A stretch of DNA of 64,000 bases from Eledone cirrhosa (taxonomy: Eukaryota), in the NCBI GenBank assembly GCA_964016885.1, contig OZ024740.1, positions 19,468,001 to 19,532,000 on the forward strand. Direction: 5' to 3'. The translations under genes and the position numbers were made by a program. The notes below the pieces were generated by a model. That model had not been told where the DNA came from, made no database searches, and saw nothing but the letters and a program-made list of their open reading frames with translations. Of this stretch, positions 51,663-64,000 are shown one piece after another; positions within the stretch are counted from its first letter, which is position 1, and each line of letters opens with the position of its first letter.

Positions 51663-53186
51663 TATGTACACGTACATACATATACGTATACAGACGTACA
51701 GTAGTATGTATATATATATACATACATGCACACATATATATATGTACGTATGGATTCACCGAACATTTATTATAATGCTCGGTGTGTTTGTAAACAAACA
51801 TCTCGTATTAAGCCGTAGTCTCTAGCAACCATCGTTGCTCGTTTGTTCAACACTGACAAAGGAACACTGTACTAGTTTCAAGCTTATTAGCTATCGTCAG
51901 CAACGTATACCTTCCTACCAGATGGTTGAACGTCTGAAAGTATATACTTACCTTATGCATATTAACGGCTGAGTAGCCCAATTTGCATATCGAGTGGGTT
52001 AACCGGCCGGGGTACCGAAAACGATAAACGGAAAAAAATGAAACGAAATTTCATTTCCCACTCTTAGTACGGCTGTTACCTAAATATAAGTATGTATACG
52101 TTCATACATATATGTATACAGACGTACAGTAGTATGTATATATATATACATACATGCACATATATATATATGTACGTATGGATTCACCGAACATTTATTA
52201 TAATGCATGGTGTGTTAGTAAATAAACATCCCGTATTAAGCCGTAGTGTCTAACAACCACCGTTGCTCATTTGTTCAACACTGACAATGAACGCTGTACT
52301 AGTTTCAAGCTTATTAGCTATCGTCAGCAACGTATACCTTCCTGCCAGATTGTTGAACGTATATACTTACCTTATGCATATTAACGGCTGAGCAGCCTAA
52401 TTTGCATATCGAGTGGGTTAATCGGCCGGGGTACCGAAAACGATAAACGGAAAAAATGAAACGAAATTTCATTTCCCACTCTTACTACGGCTGTTACTTA
52501 AATATAAGTATGTACACGTACATACATATATGTATACAGACGTACCGTAGTATGTATATATATATACATACATGCACACATATATATATGTACGTATGGA
52601 TTCACCGAACATTTATTATAATGCTCGGTGTGTTTGTAAACAAACATCCCGTATTAAGCCGTAGTCTCTAGCAACCATCGTTGCTCGTTTGTTCAACACT
52701 GAGAAAGGAACGTTGTACTAATTTCAAGCTTATTAGCTATCGTCAGCAATCGTTTCATTTTTTCCGTTTATCGTTTTCGGTGCACCCGGCCGATTAACCC
52801 ATTCGATATGCAAATTGGGCTACTCATCCGTTAATATGCATAAGGTAAGTATATACGTTCAACAATCTGGCAGGAAGGTATACGTTGCTGACGATAACTA
52901 ATAAGCTTGAAACTAGTACAGCGTTCCTTTGTCAGTGTTGAACAAATGAGCAACGATGGTTGCTAGACACTACGGCTTAATACGCGATGTTTGTTTACAA
53001 ACACACCGAGCATTATAATAAATGTTCGGTGAATCCATACGTACATATATATATGTGTGCATGTATGTATATATATATACATACTACTGTACGTCTGTAT
53101 ACATATATGTATGTACGTGTACATACTTATATTTAAGTAACAGCCGTACTAAGAGTGGGAAATGAAATTTCGTTTCATTTTTTTCC

Positions 53187-53190
<4 letters not shown>
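51660..53190. mobile_element. 427-bp retrozyme-like array: ~2.6 minus units, then an inverted plus unit
   Basis: HHRs at 51864-51906 (-), 52291-52333 (-), 52710-52749 (-, stem III mutated) and 52882-52924 (+); inversion at ~52750. Confidence 0.75.
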
Positions 53191-53221
<31 letters not shown>

Positions 53222-53733
53222 TAAATGTAGAGAATCAACCGTGAGCTCGGTAGTTTCCTCTACTAATCTACCCACTCTGCATCATACCATGTGTGCTGTT
53301 TCCGGTCCCACGACCGCAGATTATCAATATATACAAGGGTGAGTGGAAAATGAGTGATGCTAGTGATGTGAAATCTTGCATGCATTAATTACAACTCTTC
53401 TTATTAATAACTACATTGTGTCTTTCTGGGACTATGTTGAAAAATAAACCCCATTTGGCCATTCCATGAGAGTATCTTGGTCAGCCTATGAACTTTTCAG
53501 CCGATGCTCGTATATATGTATGTATGCATATATATATACTTTATCCCGGGTTCAATCGGGGGTAACTACAGTAAGTAAGGTACTCAACACAGCAGAGTAT
53601 AAATATTTAATATAGAAAGGTTTCTACAGAACTAGAACTGTTTCATTCGGGAGAAATCATCAGGAAGCCCTGATGCTTCCTGATAATTTCTCCCGAATGA
53701 AACAGTTCTAGTCCTGTAGAAGCCTTTCTATAT

Positions 53734-53899
<166 letters not shown>

Positions 53900-54297
53900 C
53901 GCGTGTGTATACAAAACCTCTTTCATCCATACCATCCGACTCACTTATCACCTAGGCTGTTTTATATATCTACCGTCAAATACGTTAAGGTGTTGTGGAT
54001 AAGAAGTAACTGCCATTTCATTACATAATTGAATGTTTAACTTTCTTCTCTTCTGATATAACTGTTCTCTACTATAAGAGATATGTTTAGTCATTCATAT
54101 TTCACCTAACTTCCGGTTTACGTCACAACTTAATAATATGTATGACAACTATCGTAGGAATTGAAGTTGCTTCTTTTTCTTCTTCGCACTCGTTGTCGCC
54201 TTTATTCATTTATGTATCTCTTTCACTCTTCTTTATATATCTTTCTTTCTCTCTCTCTCAATCCCTCTCTCTCCCACTTTCTGTCTCTGTCTCTGTC

Positions 54298-54985
<688 letters not shown>

Positions 54986-55999
54986 GAATCAGGATGGTGG
55001 ATCGTATTGTTTGATCCACCTGTTGAAAGGCCCTCCACGGTGTGATTCTACACTTTATTTGTGGCGAAACATGCTATAGAGCATGTCTAGGAGATAAAGT
55101 TATAAAAGAATGGTTTCTACACTTTAATTTATTCGTTTAATTGATATGTATTCTCCATTCCTTTCGTAGACAATATGGTTTTCACTCTGGTGGTATTCTA
55201 TCCCCTATAATTGAACACACCTCTTTGTGTATTTCTCTATATACTGTCTTATAAAGAGCCCGGTATCTATTCCTGGAGCTCATTAAATGATGGGGGATTA
55301 ATGTGAGTCTTTAACTCGCTTTTTTGAATTTTATATATATAGTTGATATAAAATGCTCGGATCTATTCATTGGAATCTGTGAGCTTATTCTACGGTGGAT
55401 ATGGCGCATGTCTCGGACATGACTCCCTTAATTTAATTTAATTTAATTAATTTTAGATATATAAACGGCTCCTTAATTGTAGAACTTATTCAGTTGAAAG
55501 GACCCGGCTGCTATTTATAGCTGTCGATCACCCTATTCACGCCACTGGGATGACGCTAGCATGTTGTTGGTAGTTTTAGAAATGCAACACGTGCGATGGC
55601 TCACTCGCATATTTGTATTTGATGTGTAAACACAGATAGTTAAATCTTCTCCCTTTCTGAAGATCCGGAATTTGACTACTGTGACTTTACGGATTAACAG
55701 TGAAATATATTTCTTTAATGAAATATATTCAAGGAAGATTAATAATTTTTTAAAAGGTAATATTTGAAACTCTAGTTAAACTTTAATTAGTTACCTACAT
55801 AACTATGTGTGATTACACACTTTACAAATTATCCTCTGTGATTGTTTCATGTGTTTATTTTAAATATATAAATATGTCAATTAATTTCTAGTTGATATAA
55901 AATGCTCGGATCTATTCATTGGAATCTTTGAGCTTATTCTACGGTGGATATGGCGCATGTCTCGGACATGACTCCCTTAATTTAATTTAATTAAATTAA

Positions 56000-56280
<281 letters not shown>

Positions 56281-56527
56281 ATTTTTTGTTTGTTTGTTTT
56301 TTGCTCATTAAGCGCTTTGTTTTGTAAAAACAAATTTCAAATTTATTGTAAAGCTTCACGATTACCCTCAAAAGGTAAATTTCCAGATTTCCCTAAGAAA
56401 ATACTCTAATCCATATGCTTAGGAGTAGAAGGTACATTACCTCCCTTTACTTTCATCTTTGATTCCTACGGTGTCTGAAAAGTTCAAATTTCCTCCCTCC
56501 GTAGTTTGGTTCCATTGTGTTCAGACC

Positions 56528-57404
<877 letters not shown>

Positions 57405-57524
57405 ACGCCACAATAATTATTATATATGATTAACCTTATTAATCAACAAGACTTACTATTTAACTTTTATGCGGACTATAAAACTGAAAACTACATTGTG
57501 TGAAGTGTACTTCTTAACCACTCT

Positions 57525-58905
57525 GCCATGCTTGCATAGAGAACACATTTGTATGTGATCCACTGTGCCATGCTTGCATAGAGAACACATTTGTATGTGT
57601 TCCACTGTGCCATGCTTGCACAGAGAACACATTTGTATGTGTTCCACTGTGCCATGCTTGCATAGAGAACACATTTGTATGTGATCCACTGTGCCATGCT
57701 TGCACAGAGAACACATTTGTATGTGTTCCACTGTGCCATGCTTGCACAGAGAACACATTTGTATGTGTTCCACTGTGCCATGCTTGCACAGAGAACACAT
57801 TTGTATGTGTTCCACTGTGCCATGCTTGCACAGAGAACACATTTGTATGTGTTCCACTGTGCCATGCTTGCACAGAGAACACATTTGTATGTGATCCACT
57901 GTGCCATGCTTGCACAGAGAACACATTTGTATGTGATCCACTGTGCTATGCTTGCACAGAGAACACATTTGTATGTGTTCCACTGTGCCATGCTTGCACA
58001 GAGAACACATTTGTATGTGATCCACTGTGCCATGCTTGCACAGAGAACACATTTGTATGTGATCCACTGTGCCATGCTTGCACAGAGAACACATTTGTAT
58101 GTGATCCACTGTGCCATGCTTGCACAGAGAACACATTTGTATGTGATCCACTGTGCCATGCTTGCACAGAGAACACATTTGTATGTGATCCACTGTGCCA
58201 TGCTTGCACAGAGAACACATTTGTATGTGATCCACTGTGCCATGCTTGCACAGAGAACACATTTGTATGTGATCCACTGTGCCATGCTTGCACAGAGAAC
58301 ACATTTGTATGTGATCCACTGTGCCATGCTTGCACAGAGAACACATTTGTATGTGATCCACTGTGCCATGCTTGCACAGAGAACACATTTGTATGTGATC
58401 CACTGTGCCATGCTTGCACAGAGAACACATTTGTATGTGATCCACTGTGCCATGCTTGCACAGAGAACACATTTGTATGTGATCCACTGTGCCATGCTTG
58501 CACAGAGAACACATTTGTATGTGATCCACTGTGCCATGCTTGCACAGAGAACACATTTGTATGTGATCCACTGTGCCATGCTTGCACAGAGAACACATTT
58601 GTATGTGATCCACTGTGCCATGCTTGCACAGAGAACACATTTGTATGTGATCCACTGTGCCATGCTTGCACAGAGAACACATTTGTATGTGATCCACTGT
58701 GCCATGCTTGCACAGAGAACACATTTGTATGTGTTCCACTGTGCCATGCTTGCACAGAGAACACATTTGTATGTGATCCACTGTGCCATGCTTGCACAGA
58801 GAACACATTTGTATGTGATCCACTGTGCCATGCTTGCACAGAGAACACATTTGTATGTGATCCACTGTGCCATGCTTGCACAGAGAACACATTTGTATGT
58901 GATCG
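57525..58905. repeat. 42-bp minisatellite (~33 copies)
   Basis: Unit CACTGTGCCATGCTTGCACAGAGAACACATTTGTATGTGATC. Confidence 0.97.
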
Positions 58906-59143
58906 TTTCTTCTTAGATATCGTGAGGCACACCCAAGGTATGAATCACTAAAAATAATACTTATTACGAAAAGGCAAACCAATACAAACATTCTAAAATA
59001 ATTGGAAAACTTATTAAATCTGTACTGAAGTTGTTTGACAGCTAAAATGGCGGATTGCATTATCGACTTCAAATATAAAACAAGCAATTTTTAGGGTTTA
59101 TCGAAGAAAAAGAATCAAATATGTTTCTTCTTCTTCTTCTTCT

Positions 59144-59555
59144 TCTTCTTCTTCTTCTTCTTCTTCTTCTTCTTTCATTTATTTATGGGAGGGTCGTGGG
59201 GGAAGAGTCCTCAAACACTCCTTCCATCGGGTCCTGTCAGATGCAACCATCTCCAACTGATCCGGCTGGATCTCCAAGTGAGACCAGCCAAGCTCATGGA
59301 TATTATCCAACCATCTTGCTCGGGGTCTACGCCTATTGGTCTCCTGCCAATTGGTTTTGCCTGAAAAATCTGTCCAGCGATTCTTTCCTGAGACATTATA
59401 ACCACATGTCTGTAATATCAGAGCTGTGATCTCTCACTTCGGAGAAGTAGTGGCTCTATCTGGAGTGACTCTTTGATCTCCGAGCTACGAACTCTATTGA
59501 GTAACGTTACTCCAAAGATCCTTCGGAGGAACCCGACTTCAGTCGCTTGTATAAG
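59144..59555 (-). mobile_element. RTE-like LINE 3' fragment with (AAG)n tail
   Basis: EVGFLRRIFGVTLLNRVRSSEIKESL...GRRP..RPRARWLDNI...DRTRWK, followed by the (CTT)n tract at 59144-59172. Confidence 0.75.
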
Positions 59556-59579
59556 GGATGTGTGACAAAACATTGACTG

Positions 59580-59810
59580 CGTTGAACTACCATCACCACA
59601 AGACTTGAAACTGAGACCAGTTGTCATGGGCTAACATATGAAAGGTTAAGCAGTTTCTTAGGTATTCTGTTAAAATCTTTTCTACAATGTGTACCATGCT
59701 TTTTTGGTGATGAATTGGGTATGCTTAACTATCTATCAGAAAAAGTAAACTAAGACCCAATTATTGTTTCGTTCGATGTTGTTAGTATTACACTAATATA
59801 TCACACAAAT
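59580..59810 (+). pseudogene. Degenerate Penelope-type RT fragment
   Basis: LKLRPVV...RLSSFL.ILLK...IVSFDVVS.YTNISH with frameshifts. Confidence 0.6.
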
Positions 59811-60490
59811 TGATGCTAGAAATAAAATTAATTTTTCGCTCTAACATAGCGGATACGTAAATGAATTCATGAGTTTTATATCGAATAATAATAATGTTCG
59901 ATTTGTTTGCAAGCAAACAGCCTCATTACGCTATGTTTTTTAGACGACCATCACCAGCCTTTTGTTCGAGTGGTGACAGAGAGAAACAATAGACAATATT
60001 GTTTCTGGGCTATTGCCCTTTGTCAAGATTGTATAACTCTCTTCTGTCACTCATTAGAACTCTTGAGAATATACAGTACTCTCTAAAGTATACATCGACT
60101 GATTAGCTTAATTTGCATAACGAGCAAAAGCATAGCGCAGTGAACCTGTTTACTTGCAAACACATCGATTATTATTATTATTCGATATAAAACTCATGAA
60201 TGAATTTATCGAATAGAGGTTATTCAGTAATGGTTCAATATGCGCTAATTTGAATTACTGGACCGTGTAGAAATAAATTTTGTTATCGATAACTTTAGAT
60301 TTATTCTACAAAACAATTATTTTGTGTTCGATGAATTTACTCAGCGCCAAACATCCAGAACATTCGATAGTAGCACCAAAGTGTAGTAAAGTTACACCAA
60401 CAATCGCCAATGTAGTTAGTGTTACCCACGAAAATAAAATTTATGATGAGTCACTGAAAAGAATGGCAGATAATTTTTATTCATGCTTAA

Positions 60491-60726
60491 CCCTCTAGTT
60501 ACGAACCAGTCCAAAACTAGCTCTGGTTCTATGAAATAAAACTACCCATGTTTAAATTAAACTTCCAGTTTAAATTAAAATATTTAAACATAATTTTATA
60601 TAATAAAATTACATTAAGTTACAATCTTAGTAATGAAATGATTAATAATTTTAGTAAATCTCTCAAAATTCTTTATTAATTAATTGAAATAGAGTGTATT
60701 TCATTAGAAATATGGTCATGAAGGGG
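60491..60726. mobile_element. piggyBac-like MITE
   Basis: TTAA|CCCT...AGGGG|TTAA termini. Confidence 0.5.
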
Positions 60727-60921
60727 TTAAAAGAAAATTGAAAAAGGTTTAAATAATAAGAATGATGAGGACACCAAAAGGTTTCAAAATCGATTCAAGG
60801 TATTTATCATTGCAATTTACAGGGAAATACCTATATTTGTCATGTGTTCGTGTCTAGTCACTCCATATTTATATACACAACACATACACATTTATGTAAT
60901 CTCGATTACTTCTATACAGTA

Positions 60922-60958
<37 letters not shown>

Positions 60959-61044
60959 GTAAAAGTTCTATTTAAATTGTTGGGATACAACAAGCAAATA
61001 TTTTATAACTGATATAAAGCACTCAACAAATAATTGGAGTAAAA

Positions 61045-61329
61045 ATACGATATTAACAAATAGAAACTATATTTATAAAACCATATTTATTTCATCATAC
61101 ATATTTCAAGGACACCAAGTTAAATTATGGTGTGCTTTCATCAGATAAAATATAATATAGAGCAGTTTCATAAATAAATATTTTAAGGGTATGTCAATAT
61201 TTATTTATAAATCTGCTCTATATTATATTTTATCTGATGAAAGCACACCATAATTTAACTTGGTGTCCTTGAAATATGTATAATGAAATAAATATGGTTT
61301 TATAAATATAGTTTCCATTTGTTAATATC

Positions 61330-61333
<4 letters not shown>
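61045..61333. mobile_element. Fold-back element with hammerheads (family of 48593-49407)
   Basis: Plus-strand HHR 61227-61289 with 7-bp stem I attttat/atgaaat. Confidence 0.7.
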
Positions 61334-61396
<63 letters not shown>

Positions 61397-61449
61397 AAGA
61401 AAGAATGAAGAGTAACATGGTTGGCTGTACAACAAGGGGCTTTATTTCA

Positions 61450-61561
61450 GGTATTAACAATTGTTTCATTGATCAGATGAGTCGAGAGGCCGCTAATCAC
61501 TCGAAGTTGCGTCACTTGATCTTCATTACATTATTTACCTCTGACCAAATCCTCAGAATAC
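61450..61561 (-). ncRNA. Hammerhead ribozyme with long stem-II insertion, inside fold-back 61401-61651
   Basis: gtatt-CTGAGGA-t-ttggtcag...ctgatcaa-t-GAAAC-AATT-GTT-aatac; the inverted arm has GTC. Confidence 0.6.
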
Positions 61562-61819
61562 GGCCTCTAGACTCACCTGATCAATGAAACAATTGTCAAT
61601 ACCTGAAATAAAGCCCTTTGTTGTACAGCCAACCATGTTACTCTTCATTCTATCACTCTTATTACTCCAAGTACAACCTACATAGGAATTATCGAGAACT
61701 CGCTGCCTAACTATGGAAAGATCTTGTTGAGTCAAACAAAGCCGTACGTTAAAACTATCCACGACGCAGAGTACTCACAACCTCTAACTGGATTACCTAT
61801 AACGATAACTTGTTATCCC

Positions 61820-61880
<61 letters not shown>

Positions 61881-61981
61881 GAGAGAGAAAGATACTCATA
61901 TATGGCAAAAGTAGTGATTTTTGCTTAAATTTGTATCTGTGCTACTAATAAAAATATATATATGTGTGTGTGTGTATAGAT

Positions 61982-62021
<40 letters not shown>

Positions 62022-62493
62022 CAACCCTGAAGTATGCTCACCTAGAAAGCTAGCCAGCAATCTGACTGTTATCTTCCGATATGATAAATATTTAAAATTC
62101 TCCGACTTTGAAATGAAATGTTAAAAGATCTTTGGCTTGATACAGCTTAACATTAGCGATGATTTAAGAAGGGCTCTTCATCACCACACACACATACACA
62201 CACACACACATACACACGCACACACACACACATGAATATTTCCTGTAGGAACACTATCATTTCACTTACATCGCTAATGTAGACTGCCTACTTTTAAGCA
62301 TCATTAAATGTATGATATATATATGTGTGTATATATATATGTGTGTGTGTACATACATATACAAAGATATATATATATATATACATACATAAATATATAT
62401 AAATATGTATATAATATATTTAGAAACACACAGATACATGCGGACACACACATATACATGAATGCATCCGCACCCAACCGTGAGTTAAGGGTG

Positions 62494-62562
<69 letters not shown>

Positions 62563-62650
62563 CTGTATATAAAACATATATATGTGTGTGCGTGCATGCA
62601 TGTATACATATATTCACGCACATACATACATAGAGACAGACATTCAGGCA

Positions 62651-62687
<37 letters not shown>

Positions 62688-62814
62688 CACCTGATGAGGG
62701 GTATAGTTTTCGAAGCAGAACATTTTGTAGCGGAAGACATGCAAAGAGGTAAAAATCACGCATTTTACCTTTATGCTGTGTATCAGCTGGCCCCATTCGT
62801 CTACTCTTTCACTC

Positions 62815-63036
62815 AATAGGCTTACGTCAGCACCGCGAATAGTTAATAGGTTTATGTCAGCACCGCGAATAGTTAATAGGTTTATGTCAGCACCGCGAAT
62901 AGTTAATAGTCTTATGTCAGCGCCGCGAATGGTTAATAGTCTTATGCCAGCACCGCGAATAGTTAATAGTCTTATGTCAGCACCGCGAATAGTTAATAGG
63001 CTTATGTCAGCACCGCGAATAGTTAATAGTCTTATG
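62815..63036. repeat. 30-bp minisatellite (~7 copies)
   Basis: TTATGTCAGCACCGCGAATAGTTAATAG(G/T)(T/C). Confidence 0.93.
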
Positions 63037-63070
63037 AGAAGTGTGGTGAAAAGGTCTCCTCACCTATCAT

Positions 63071-63133
<63 letters not shown>

Positions 63134-63288
63134 AAATAAGTAAGTCAAATATGTAAAATTTGGCTTCGTTTATTATAAATAATAAATTTACTGCTATATA
63201 TATTTCGGTGACAGCTATTATTGGCTGTATTGACAGAGTGAAATACACTTCAACAACATGTGTACCTGTCTTTTCCACACCAATTCGG

Positions 63289-63343
63289 ACTGCCTGAAGA
63301 GATCACAGCCAATAATAGCTGTCACCGAAATATATATAGCAGT
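63289..63343 (+). ncRNA. Hammerhead ribozyme inside fold-back 63127-63407
   Basis: actgc-CTGAAGA-gatc-acagc-caataata-gctgt-cacc-GAAA-TATATA-TA-gcagt. Confidence 0.7.
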
Positions 63344-64000
63344 AAATTTATTATTTATAATAAACGAAGCCATATTTTACATATTTGACTTACTTATTTT
63401 ATTTTACATACTCCGGAGTAAACAAACCAACCTGCGTACTTCGTCGAGTGCTCCAATCTGCATACATATACGCAAATATTATATATATATATATATATAT
63501 TGACTGTTTAATAGCTTTGTTATATTTAACCACTCTGTCGTGAGCTTTATTCGATTTGTGATATTTTGCATTTTCGCAATATTACACACAACTGAATTCA
63601 TTCGCCTAATATAGGTGTTGCCTCCCTTGCTGAACGCCACGTGGGGTCAGTTACAGACACATTTATGTGGACTTTCGAACTGAATCCCGTTGACAACGCG
63701 TACTCCTAGTTCAGTTGGGATACCATAAGCCTAACATCCTTTATGTAAGTGGACAGTAAATGACTTATGGAGCCGCAGAAACCCAAATACTGGATTTTAC
63801 CATCTCTCCAGGGGTCCGGGTAAATTTTCAACCATATATATTTTTATATATTTTTATATTTGTATATCTGTTTGACCCGAATTAGGCGGTCGAATTTTCG
63901 CTGTGCGGATGATTAGTTTAACCACTATCTCAGTGTGTTTGGCCTTTAACGTAAGTTGTAAGCTCTAATTCATATGAATTATCGAGCGCTTGCCACACAA

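Noticed and set aside
53333-53510. Mariner-like MITE
   Set aside because: TA-flanked ends are too weakly complementary to call.
62690-62730. CTGATGA as a hammerhead core
   Set aside because: No matching GAAA/stem III or stem I pairing found.

Overview
Repeat-dominated, gene-poor animal DNA. The SINE families look cephalopod/octopus-like, which is my recognition and is unverified. There is a 200-N assembly gap at 50862-51061. Positions 1-10780 hold two head-to-tail Tx1/L1-clade LINEs on the minus strand, separated and flanked by (GATA)n. Copy 1 has open ORFs and runs off the window; copy 2 has a nonsense codon in ORF2 and two homopolymer frameshifts in ORF1. The rest is tRNA-derived SINEs, fragments of Penelope-like (PLE), CRE and RTE elements, hAT/piggyBac/EnSpm-like non-autonomous DNA elements, and many micro- and minisatellites, including an ~8 kb 66-bp array. 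The most notable unannotated signal is a set of hammerhead ribozymes (HHRs). A ~427-bp tandem retrozyme-like repeat carries one minimal HHR per unit with a covarying stem I. Several unrelated HHR-bearing fold-back elements sit in (TA)n tracts, and a PLE 3' region carries another HHR. Also notable: a U2 snRNA/Tx1-ORF1 chimera, a TATC/TATA insertion preference for the Tx1 family, a conserved AG|GTAAGT at the ORF1/ORF2 junction, and speculative minus-strand host micro-exons. No complete host gene is supported. All alignments and folds were done by eye.
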